Virus record (IMG/VR): IMGVR_UViG_3300036546_000172
Coordinates: 73,943 to 137,942 of that record
DNA from: a virus
Lineage: Duplodnaviria > Caudoviricetes
Strand: one strand, 5' to 3'
DNA: 64,000 nucleotides
The notes beneath the pieces are model-generated. The model had not been told where the DNA came from. It saw only the letters and a program-made list of their open reading frames with translations, and ran no database searches. Shown piece by piece: positions 10,505 to 18,214 of the stretch (the stretch's first letter is position 1; each line of letters opens with the position of its first letter). Made by a program: the position numbers and the translations under genes.

Positions 10505-10923
10505 AGTACACTGTTAATACCGATCGTAATGTTGTGCTGTCTAATATGGTCGAAATCGAATTCTGTGATAATGTACAGGATGGCTTTCGCAAGGTTAAAG
10601 AGACGCTTGAGCGCATGGGCATTCCGAAACGCGAGAGCAACGTCTTGATCCAAACAGCTCATATTTTGCACAAGCAAGGACGATACTACATCTGTCACTT
10701 CAAGGAGTTGTTCGCGATGGATGGCAAAGCAGCTGAGCTGTCTGAAGAGGATGTAGGTCGTAGAAACCTGATCGTGAAGTATCTCACAGATTGGGAACTG
10801 ATCAAACCGATTACCAGTAACAGCGAACGTCCAGTATGCTCACCTCGTCGATTGAAAGTGATCAAGCACATCGATCGTGAAAACTGGGATTTCGAGAGCA
10901 AGTACAGTATTGGTAATCGGTAA
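10501..10923 (+). CDS. regA: translational repressor RegA
   Basis: FRKVKETLERMGI, HILHKQGRYYICHFKELFAMDG. Confidence 0.95.
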   Translation: MKYTVNTDRNVVLSNMVEIEFCDNVQDGFRKVKETLERMGIPKRESNVLIQTAHILHKQGRYYICHFKELFAMDGKAAELSEEDVGRRNLIVKYLTDWELIKPITSNSERPVCSPRRLKVIKHIDRENWDFESKYSIGNR

Positions 10924-10930
10924 TAATACA

Positions 10931-11007
10931 GGGTCTTTAGCATAATTGGTTAATGCCGCGGCCTCATAAGCCGTACTATCTCGGTTCAAGTCCGAGGGGA
11001 CCCACCA
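10931..11007 (+). tRNA. tRNA with CAT anticodon (Ile2 or elongator Met)
   Basis: acceptor GGGTCTT/GGGACCC, anticodon loop CTCATAA, T loop TTCAAGT, encoded CCA. Confidence 0.9.
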
Positions 11008-11033
11008 TTTTAAATCATGTAGAAGGTCTATAT

Positions 11034-12320
11034 ATGCAACTGAATGACAAACAATCGTATGCGATGAAACAGGTGATCTCAGGCGCTAACCTGTTTATTG
11101 ACGGCCCGGGTGGCGTTGGCAAATCTGTGCTGGTTCGTGAAATTATGGACAAGTTCAGCACATCGACGGTGTTCCTGGCACCAACTGGTATCGCAGCACT
11201 GAATATCAACGGGTCTACGATTCACTCCGCCTTCAAGCTCCCGTTCAATGTGTTGACCAAGCGCGATCATTTAAGAATCAACGACAAGACATTGGAGCTC
11301 TTTGACAAAGAGGGTCCGGTTAAGCGCATCGTCATCGATGAGATCTCTATGGTGAGGGCGGATCTATTCACCTGCATGGATCAGCAGCTCAGGCGCATTC
11401 GTCGTTTGAACCAACCGTTTGGCGGGTTGCAAGTGATCGTAGTGGGTGACTTCTATCAGCTGCCTCCGGTTCTGACACCTAAGGATAAGCACTGGTATGA
11501 GAAGGAAGGATTTACTTCACCGTTTGCATTCAGCACCGAGAGCTGGAGCGCCGCTGACTTCGTTCATGTTGAGCTGGATCAAATCATGCGTCAATCAGAT
11601 GAGCAAATGATCTCAAACCTCATGAAGATTCGACGCAAAGCTGATGGTTGGGAAAAGTCGGTTCAATTCTTCAACAGCATCGGTTCTGATAACAAAGAGA
11701 CAGTGCTCGATGAAGATCCAATCTTTTTATGCGCTACCAACAAGAGCGCCAACACCGTCAATGAACTGAACTACAGCGAACTCGACGGTGAAGAACTGGT
11801 ATCGTTTGCTCAGAAGAGTGGTCAGTTTACATCAGAACCAGCACCATTTGAGCTTCGTCTCAGATATGGTACCAAGGTGATCCTAACAGCTAATACTGAG
11901 AGCCATAAGAACGGCCAGGTAGGATACGTCATTGGCTTCATCGGTGATAAGATTGAGGTCCTGCTTGAAGATACTGAAGTGAAGATCCTGGTTGAGAAGT
12001 ACAAGTGGGAAGAGATGGATTATGAGCTTGGAGCCGAGGGTCAGATTTCAAGAGTGCCGAATGGAACATATAAACAGTATCCGATGAAACATGGCTGGGG
12101 CATCACTATTCACAAGAGCCAGGGTCAATCTATCAATCACGCTATGATAGACACCGGACGTGGATGTTTCGCTCATGGTCAAGCTTATGTGGCTCTATCC
12201 CGACTGCGCACACTTGAGGGTCTGGCTCTGTTGAATCCTCTGATGAAGCAGGATATTATAGTGGCTCCTGAGATCAATGACTTTTACGAGAACGGGTGTC
12301 GAGGTATAGGTCTGTTCTAA
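11034..12320 (+). CDS. PIF1/RecD-like SF1B DNA helicase
   Basis: GPGGVGKS, DEISM, GDFYQLPPV, TIHKSQG and GQAYVALSR motifs. Confidence 0.92.
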   Translation: MQLNDKQSYAMKQVISGANLFIDGPGGVGKSVLVREIMDKFSTSTVFLAPTGIAALNINGSTIHSAFKLPFNVLTKRDHLRINDKTLELFDKEGPVKRIVIDEISMVRADLFTCMDQQLRRIRRLNQPFGGLQVIVVGDFYQLPPVLTPKDKHWYEKEGFTSPFAFSTESWSAADFVHVELDQIMRQSDEQMISNLMKIRRKADGWEKSVQFFNSIGSDNKETVLDEDPIFLCATNKSANTVNELNYSELDGEELVSFAQKSGQFTSEPAPFELRLRYGTKVILTANTESHKNGQVGYVIGFIGDKIEVLLEDTEVKILVEKYKWEEMDYELGAEGQISRVPNGTYKQYPMKHGWGITIHKSQGQSINHAMIDTGRGCFAHGQAYVALSRLRTLEGLALLNPLMKQDIIVAPEINDFYENGCRGIGLF

Positions 12321-12326
12321 CCGTCT

Positions 12327-12354
12327 GAGCCCGGGTCTCCCCGGGTTTCTTTTT
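12327..12354 (+). terminator. intrinsic terminator
   Basis: GAGCCCGGG-TCTC-CCCGGGTTT followed by a T run. Confidence 0.8.
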
Positions 12355-12372
12355 GAGTGTGTTAGCGTATAG

Positions 12373-13005
12373 GTGGAGATAGAAAACGTGATAGAGCGTA
12401 TATATGATGGAGAGACGGTAATATGCATGGCCAGCGGCCCTAGCATTACCGAAGAGCAAGTAGAAACAGTGAGACAATCTGCACATCCGGTCATTGCAGT
12501 CAATAACACGTTTCAACTGGCACCCTGGTGCGATCATATCTTCGCAGCTGACATATTATGGTGGTATCGATACTACAATGAAGTCACTGAAGTATCTGAT
12601 GCCAAGAGATGGACACTGGAGGGAGTAGGACGTCATTTTCAGAAGAAGCGAGGGTATGACAAGATATTACATGAGCTTCCATTTGATCGTGAGATGGGAT
12701 TAGGCAAGACCAGAGTCAATCATGGCGGTAATTCAGGCTATATTGCAGTGAATCTAGCTTACCTGATGGGTGCTAAGAAAATCATCCTCATTGGGTACGA
12801 CCACCAGCACACCAACGGCCAGCGACATTTCCACGGTGATCACGATCCTAAGCATTTCCGAACGAACGCTGATGACATTGATCGATGGGTCACTAATTTC
12901 GCTTGGCTGGATTGGGATCTGAGGAAAGAGGGAGTAAATCTAGTAAACTGTTCTACAGAGACAGCCTTAAACTGCCGTCGTGGTAATCTAGAGGATGAAA
13001 TATGA
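12373..13005 (+). CDS. DUF115/Maf-like (glycan-associated) protein
   Basis: ASGPS, IAVN, GGNSGYIAVNLAYLMGAKKIILIGYD and VNCS motifs. Confidence 0.65.
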   Translation: MEIENVIERIYDGETVICMASGPSITEEQVETVRQSAHPVIAVNNTFQLAPWCDHIFAADILWWYRYYNEVTEVSDAKRWTLEGVGRHFQKKRGYDKILHELPFDREMGLGKTRVNHGGNSGYIAVNLAYLMGAKKIILIGYDHQHTNGQRHFHGDHDPKHFRTNADDIDRWVTNFAWLDWDLRKEGVNLVNCSTETALNCRRGNLEDEI

Positions 13006-13634
13006 AGATCGTCACAGTGTTAAAGACTGGTGGAGACTTTGATCTCGAGTATGTTGAAGCCATAGCACAATCTGTACCTTCATGCTATGAGTTTGTGTGT
13101 CTCAGCGATGATCCTCGCGTTCCGGGCTATATCCCACTAGAGCGTAGTTATTCCGGTTGGTGGTCTAAGATGGAGATCTTTCGACCGGGTATTATTGACG
13201 ATGATATGTTCTATCTGGATCTAGACACTGTCATTCTTCATGACATATCAGAAGAATTGCGTCAGTTGGAGCAAATAGATCACATTGTTATGTTGTCTGA
13301 CTTCTATTTTCCGGAAAGATCCGCGTCCGGGATCATGTACATACCAGAATACTTGAGATTAGCTGTGTGGTGCTCCTGGCTGAAACATAATCCTCAGCTA
13401 ATCATGAGTCAGATGCGAGGTGATCAAGACTTCCTCAACACCCTGTATGATTCCTATCTGCGATTTGATGATGTAATTGACAAGGACTGGATCTGCTCAT
13501 ACAAAGCTCATATTGCTAAAACATATCCAAAACACCTCAAACCATCAGATGTAGATGTGTCTAAATCTAAGATCATCTGCTTCCACGGTAAACCAAGACC
13601 ACGTGAAATCAGTGGTATATGGAAAACGAGATGA
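13002..13634 (+). CDS. GT-A (GT8-like) glycosyltransferase
   Basis: WWSKMEIF, YLDLD (DxD), GDQDFL, FHGKPRP. Confidence 0.75.
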   Translation: MKIVTVLKTGGDFDLEYVEAIAQSVPSCYEFVCLSDDPRVPGYIPLERSYSGWWSKMEIFRPGIIDDDMFYLDLDTVILHDISEELRQLEQIDHIVMLSDFYFPERSASGIMYIPEYLRLAVWCSWLKHNPQLIMSQMRGDQDFLNTLYDSYLRFDDVIDKDWICSYKAHIAKTYPKHLKPSDVDVSKSKIICFHGKPRPREISGIWKTR

Positions 13635-13812
13635 GGTGGAGATCAAGGACAGCGCTACGACGGCTCTCAATGTAAAGGTTCTCTATCTCACTTGCCTCGG
13701 TTGTTTGAGACTGCGCATCAACAGTTGATCGATAATGGAATTACAGTATACAATGGAAACATAGAGAGTCGGATTGAATGTTTCCCGAAATTTGACTATG
13801 TTAAGGAAGGGT

Positions 13813-13998
13813 ATGAAGGATTCTATCGAGCAATGGCTCAAAGAGCTGGAGCCTCTGAGTTCACAGCACCAAGATCTGATGGAAAAATATACGACCGGGT
13901 CTGATAATGTTTCATTGAAGCAAATAGATCAGACATTCAGAAAGATGAAGCCACTGATGAAGCAGCTCAGAGCTGCAGCTAGGAGTGATCATGATTAA
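13813..13998 (+). CDS. hypothetical protein
   Basis: AAGGAAGG RBS; 61 aa. Confidence 0.55.
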   Translation: MKDSIEQWLKELEPLSSQHQDLMEKYTTGSDNVSLKQIDQTFRKMKPLMKQLRAAARSDHD

Positions 13999-14455
13999 CG
14001 TTGAATATACTAATGCAGAATTGGATCATATGTTGATATCCAGAGAAGCTGATGTCATTGCTGTTGGTATGAACTGCTTTCATCACATGCTGGGCATCAA
14101 CAACCGGTTAAACAAGATGACCGGCGGTCAACTGATTATGACAGACTATCAAACACCATACGCTGATATCAATAAACTCGGCACTCAGATATCCATCGAA
14201 GAGTCTATCTTTGGTCATCGTATTCAATTGGCTCTGCTCTATGTCAGTTACACCATAGCATCAGATGATCATAACTGCATCCATTATGTCTCGTTGTATG
14301 ATTCGTTGGTCAGTCTGATCTCTGAGATGGAATCTGGACAGACGTTGTGTTTGCCGGTTATAGGCAATCCTGAATCTTTTAATCAGGCGCTGGACGTGAT
14401 TGTCAGTGAATCAGACGATCTGCCTGACATCAATATTTTGGTATCGAGGACGTGA
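13985..14455 (+). CDS. degenerate macrodomain-like protein
   Basis: DVIAVGMNCFHHMLGI and LPVIG resemble DIIVHGCNCFCTMGSGI and IPKIG of 42060..42578. Confidence 0.5.
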   Translation: MIMINVEYTNAELDHMLISREADVIAVGMNCFHHMLGINNRLNKMTGGQLIMTDYQTPYADINKLGTQISIEESIFGHRIQLALLYVSYTIASDDHNCIHYVSLYDSLVSLISEMESGQTLCLPVIGNPESFNQALDVIVSESDDLPDINILVSRT

Positions 14456-14456
14456 C

Positions 14457-14921
14457 ATGCAAATTATGTTTATGAGTCGACATGAGTTTACAAATTTATG
14501 CTCTCAACTAAATTCGACACAATCGGCTATCATCTCTATCTCAGATAATACCGAAGAGATGGAAGAAATGCAGCGGCTGGTTGAGACGCAAGCACCAACT
14601 GCACGTGTCATCTACTTGGCGTTTCAAGACGTAGATGATCATGATTGTGGTGGAATCACGAACAATCAAGCTCGTAAGTTGTTCAAATTCATCAAGCAGA
14701 ACAATGACTGCTCGTTCTATGTGCATTGCTTTGCAGGTGTCTCAAGGTCGGCGGCTGTTGCAAAGTTCATTCAAGAATATTACGATGTACAAGGCACAGT
14801 TCTTGAAAACTACAGGATCTATAACAATCGAGTATTCAGCAAGCTGATGTCGTTTGTAGGATCTATGAGTATCGAAGACTATTATCGTCAACTGGAAGCA
14901 GAGGAGCGTGGTTATGAGTGA
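14457..14921 (+). CDS. dual-specificity/tyrosine phosphatase-like protein
   Basis: HCFAGVSRSAA (HCx5R) motif. Confidence 0.85.
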   Translation: MQIMFMSRHEFTNLCSQLNSTQSAIISISDNTEEMEEMQRLVETQAPTARVIYLAFQDVDDHDCGGITNNQARKLFKFIKQNNDCSFYVHCFAGVSRSAAVAKFIQEYYDVQGTVLENYRIYNNRVFSKLMSFVGSMSIEDYYRQLEAEERGYE

Positions 14922-15147
14922 AGTTAGTAAGGTGAAGCAGCATCTGAAGCGTACAATGAAGCGTCCGATGAAACCAAGATTGGATGATTGTCCGGTGTGT
15001 GGTGCAAAGGATCAAGCAACTGACATCATCGCACACGGTCCAGGAATTGGAGTGCTAGGATATGAATGTGGTTGCTCAGTAGCCTCTGAAGAAGGAAAAC
15101 TTACAGAGTATCGTAAATACGATGGAACAATAACTAAAAAGGAATAG
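14908..15147 (+). CDS. hypothetical Zn-ribbon protein
   Basis: CPVC...CGC. Confidence 0.55.
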   Translation: MVMSEVSKVKQHLKRTMKRPMKPRLDDCPVCGAKDQATDIIAHGPGIGVLGYECGCSVASEEGKLTEYRKYDGTITKKE

Positions 15148-15261
15148 ACATGATCGACTCAGTGTTACATCACGTACTGGTAGGTATCGCTTCAATAGGT
15201 CTGTGGATGATGCGTATCTTCTTTGATGTACTGAGTCGATTGTTTCCGTCCTTTTTCTGAG

Positions 15262-15582
15262 GTGACTATGAAACTGTTATTATGCACCAAATGTCAATCT
15301 ATTTTCAGCTTAGTACAATCTAAAGTTCGTTCGTGTGAATGTGGTAACGTCAAAGGTATCTACATCGATGACCTTAACGCCAGATTCACGTCCGATACTG
15401 AGGACTACTTCATGCTTGGCTTCGCCAACTACACGGTGAGCAAAGCTATTTCTGATTATAGCAGGTATGGCAGTCCAGACGGAATGGGTCTAAACTTTAC
15501 CGCCTTTGTCATACCAGAACCGTGTGATACCTTCATTCGTGTTGGTGCAGATGAGTTTAGTGAAATCGAGGCAAATTTGTAG
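15262..15582 (+). CDS. hypothetical Cys-rich protein
   Basis: CTKC...CECG; GAGG RBS. Confidence 0.6.
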   Translation: MTMKLLLCTKCQSIFSLVQSKVRSCECGNVKGIYIDDLNARFTSDTEDYFMLGFANYTVSKAISDYSRYGSPDGMGLNFTAFVIPEPCDTFIRVGADEFSEIEANL

Positions 15583-15641
15583 TAGATTTTATGCTCAGTG
15601 TAGTGTAATATGTGGTTGTCCATTGAGAAAGGAGCTGTATA

Positions 15642-15839
15642 ATGAATGATTATATGCGCGGTAAAATTGAAGCTTGTATTGAACTGTCTGACGGTGATGC
15701 TGAGAAGTTTAAGCAAGACGTGATTAAGGTTACTGGACTCACAGATCAAGGTTTTCACAATCTGAACATGACGGACGTAGCATTCGATATGCTGAACCGT
15801 GGAGAGGATCTCAACGAGATCATGGATGCTGTCCTATGA
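15642..15839 (+). CDS. hypothetical protein
   Basis: AAGGAG RBS. Confidence 0.6.
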   Translation: MNDYMRGKIEACIELSDGDAEKFKQDVIKVTGLTDQGFHNLNMTDVAFDMLNRGEDLNEIMDAVL

Positions 15840-16033
15840 AGAAGATTATCAGATTCGGTCTCGCTTGGACAGTAGGTGTTCCATTTATACTGATCGCTTT
15901 GGGTCTTCTGGGATTGATGGCCGCAGTGTTCTCGTTGGTAGAGGATGATGATGAAGTCACCGATTGTGGTAATTACATCAAAGAGATCGTTGCAGCCTGG
16001 TGGAAGTGGGCAAGTTTCTCGTCTCTTAAATAG
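15836..16033 (+). CDS. small membrane protein
   Basis: hydrophobic N-terminal segment; ATGA overlap. Confidence 0.55.
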   Translation: MKKIIRFGLAWTVGVPFILIALGLLGLMAAVFSLVEDDDEVTDCGNYIKEIVAAWWKWASFSSLK

Positions 16034-16136
16034 GGTGTGGTGGGTGCTCTTAGGACGCTGACAGGGTATGGCATAAGCCGTCTGAATCGCAGCACCCACT
16101 CTTTTTTGCTCGGGTAGCCCAATAGGCAGAGAAATC

Positions 16137-16220
16137 GGGGGAGTGGTGAAATGGCAGACACAGCGGTGTTAAGTACCGTCGCCTTAGCGCGTGTGGGTTC
16201 GAATCCCACCTCCCCCACCA
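16137..16220 (+). tRNA. tRNA-Leu(TAA)
   Basis: GGGGGAG/CTCCCCC acceptor, loop GTTAAGT, long variable arm, TTCGAAT, CCA. Confidence 0.88.
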
Positions 16221-16225
16221 AACAA

Positions 16226-16256
16226 CTCCCGATAGCTCAGCTGGATAGAGCAACAG
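16226..16256 (+). pseudogene. 5' fragment of a tRNA (Arg-like D arm)
   Basis: CTCCCGA-TAGCTCAGCTGGATAGAGCAACAG stops at the anticodon stem. Confidence 0.6.
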
Positions 16257-16380
16257 AGACAACAAAGCCTCGCGCTAGCTCAATTGGATAGAGCACCTCC
16301 CTTCTTTTGTGCATTCGTGTAGTGTACAAAAGAAGGAGGTGGTTACTGGTTCGACTCCAGTGCGCGAGGCTTTGTTGTCT
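16257..16380 (+). ncRNA. tRNA-Arg(TCT)-like RNA with 27-nt anticodon insertion and extended acceptor stem
   Basis: 19-bp perfect terminal inverted repeat; intact D and T arms; removing 16306-16332 restores loop CTTCTAA; no CCA. Confidence 0.75.
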
Positions 16381-16435
16381 TTAAAAATACAAAATATGAT
16401 TCCCACTCGGGAATCCAATATAAGATAGGTGACAT

Positions 16436-16714
16436 ATGAATTCACATTTGAGTTTACTCGGATGCCGAGCAAGAGATAAAGTAACAGGTATCGAAGGTGT
16501 GGTAACTACTGTATCATTTGATTTGTACGGTTGCATTCAAGCAGTACTGACTCAGAAGGCAGATGAGAAAGGTGAGTATAAGATGTCACCGTGGTTTGAT
16601 GTTACACGCCTTGACATCGTTGACCATAACCCGGTTATGACACAGCCGAACTTTGAACTGGGATATGTTGCAGAAGGTAAGAAGGGAGCTGCAGAAAAAC
16701 CTCAGCCTATGTGA
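16436..16714 (+). CDS. hypothetical protein
   Basis: AGGTGA RBS; 92 aa. Confidence 0.7.
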   Translation: MNSHLSLLGCRARDKVTGIEGVVTTVSFDLYGCIQAVLTQKADEKGEYKMSPWFDVTRLDIVDHNPVMTQPNFELGYVAEGKKGAAEKPQPM

Positions 16715-16761
16715 TGTTAAATCGACAGTTAGATAAATAGAAAGGTATAAACAAGGAACCA

Positions 16762-16869
16762 ATGATGAACACTCAAAACACCATCGATGCGTCCAATATG
16801 CATCCCGGATATAGTAATTCGATGGCTCTCTGTGGCTATAAGCCAGGATACAGAGAACGAGGGTTTTGA
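16762..16869 (+). CDS. putative 35-aa leader peptide (MMNTQNT...YRERGF)
   Basis: AAGGA RBS; stop codon overlaps a segment complementary to the downstream terminator. Confidence 0.55.
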   Translation: MMNTQNTIDASNMHPGYSNSMALCGYKPGYRERGF

Positions 16870-16894
16870 GCTGATATTGCAGTCATAGTTCATC

Positions 16895-16922
16895 AAACCC
16901 TCCAGTTGGAGGGTTTCTTTTT
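16895..16922 (+). terminator. intrinsic terminator / attenuator
   Basis: AAACCCTCCA-GT-TGGAGGGTTT followed by a T run. Confidence 0.85.
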
Positions 16923-16950
16923 ATACTCGGATAAGGTACAATGAGTTTTC

Positions 16951-17036
16951 GGGTAAGCGGTGAAGTTGGAGAGTCACACCAGATTGTAACCCTGGCGCCA
17001 TGTGCTGAGTAGGTCCGAATCCTACCTTACCCACCA
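16951..17036 (+). tRNA. tRNA-Tyr(GTA), degenerate
   Basis: GGGTAAG/CTTACCC and CCA present; A-C mismatch in anticodon stem; T loop TCCGAAT. Confidence 0.7.
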
Positions 17037-17043
17037 ATAACAG

Positions 17044-17072
17044 TTGCACAACATCACAGGACATCATATAAT
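17044..17072 (+). promoter_or_regulatory. sigma70-type early promoter
   Basis: TTGCAC-N17-TATAAT. Confidence 0.75.
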
Positions 17073-17109
17073 ATTTGTAAGTTAAGATGACCTAGAGAAG
17101 GAATCAGAG

Positions 17110-17595
17110 ATGAACGCAACTACCTATATCATGAGCAAGCTGGATGAAGTTTTCGCGCCAATGGATGCAAAAGTACTGGAAGCTTCAAAGAAGTGGGGCG
17201 TTGAGCGTTTTGAGGCGATCAAAGAGCTGAGAGCTTCAGGAGAACTGAACGGTTTGAACTCAGCTGAGAAATATGATCGTCTCTACGCGGTAGCTGGTGG
17301 TAAGACTTGGTACAATATCTTCAACGGTCGTAATGCTAAAATGATCGAAGAGATCATGGAAAAGAATTGCAAGATGACCGCTGAGAAGCGGAATGCTAAG
17401 ATTGCAAGTAAGTTGGAGAAGGCTGGCGTTACAGAGGTGCTCAGCTCTGACTTCAGCGACACACACGATGGATTCAACGGCTACTTCGGCGTCGAAACCA
17501 ACAAAGGTAAGAAGACAGTAGAAGTAGAAACAATTTATGCAGGTGGATACAACATTCAATGCCTGCATCTGAGAGTACTGGTGAGGGTCAAATGA
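17110..17595 (+). CDS. hypothetical early protein inside the tRNA cluster
   Basis: own promoter, AAGGA RBS, hairpin at 3' end. Confidence 0.75.
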   Translation: MNATTYIMSKLDEVFAPMDAKVLEASKKWGVERFEAIKELRASGELNGLNSAEKYDRLYAVAGGKTWYNIFNGRNAKMIEEIMEKNCKMTAEKRNAKIASKLEKAGVTEVLSSDFSDTHDGFNGYFGVETNKGKKTVEVETIYAGGYNIQCLHLRVLVRVK

Positions 17596-17604
17596 CCCTC
17601 CTTT

Positions 17605-17681
17605 CGGAGCTTAGCTCAGCTTGGTAGAGCATCCGGTTTGGGACCGGAAGGTCGAAGGTTCAAGTCCTTCAGCTCCGACCA
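17605..17681 (+). tRNA. tRNA-Pro(TGG)
   Basis: cloverleaf, loop TTTGGGA, CCA. Confidence 0.95.
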
Positions 17682-17688
17682 TTTTTAT

Positions 17689-17776
17689 TCCCAGGTAGAC
17701 AAACTGGTAAAGTCGCCGGACTGTTAATCCGGTTTCCGAAAGGATATTGTAGGTTCGAAGCCTACCCTGGGAGCCA
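17689..17776 (+). tRNA. tRNA-Asn(GTT) with long variable arm
   Basis: loop CTGTTAA; TCC-GAAA-GGA variable hairpin; G73; CCA. Confidence 0.9.
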
Positions 17777-17782
17777 GACAAC

Positions 17783-17871
17783 AGAGAGTGATTCCAGCTG
17801 GTGCTGGAGACCGCCTGCTAAGCGGTTCGCCTGATTCATCGGGTGTGGTTCAATTCCACCGCTCTCTGCCA
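17783..17871 (+). tRNA. tRNA-Ser(GCT)
   Basis: loop CTGCTAA, long variable arm, G73, CCA. Confidence 0.88.
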
Positions 17872-17872
17872 T

Positions 17873-17971
17873 GGAGAGGTAAGCCGAAAGATCCGGGGTA
17901 GCGGCAACGGTCGTGAAAACCGAGGGTTTACGAAAGTAGACGTCAGGGTTCGAATCCCTGTCTCTCCGCCA
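17873..17971 (+). tRNA. tRNA-Ser(TGA), enlarged D loop, G33
   Basis: loop CGTGAAA, long variable arm, CCA. Confidence 0.8.
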
Positions 17972-17978
17972 TATTGTG

Positions 17979-18056
17979 GTGAAGGTGGCCGATATTGGTT
18001 AAGGCGCAAGGTTGTGACCCTTGTATATGCGAGTTCGATTCTCGTCCTTCACACCA
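17979..18056 (+). tRNA. tRNA-His(GTG)
   Basis: loop TTGTGAC; G at -1; CCA. Confidence 0.9.
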
Positions 18057-18061
18057 CTTAT

Positions 18062-18139
18062 AGGGGCGTAGCTCAGCGGTTTAGCAGCAACCGGCTTTTA
18101 ACCGGTAGGTCGTGAGTTCGAATCTCACCGCCCCTACCA
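18062..18139 (+). tRNA. tRNA-Lys(TTT)
   Basis: loop CTTTTAA; CCA. Confidence 0.93.
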
Positions 18140-18140
18140 T

Positions 18141-18214
18141 GACGAGTTGGCCGAATGACCAGGCGACGAGCTGCAACCTCGTTCATGTGAGTTTGAATCT
18201 CACACTCGTCTCCA
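18141..18214 (+). tRNA. tRNA-Cys(GCA)
   Basis: loop CTGCAAC; U73; CCA. Confidence 0.9.

Noticed and set aside
10953-11033. N-terminal extension of the helicase ORF (MPRPHKPY...)
   Set aside because: It overlaps a complete tRNA(CAT); ATG 11034 with an AAGG RBS is the likelier start.
16137-16220. Ochre suppressor tRNA or genome-wide stop-codon recoding explaining the in-frame stops at 870 and 13632
   Set aside because: The stem register gives anticodon TAA (reads UUA, Leu), and TAA, TAG and TGA all terminate conserved core genes normally.
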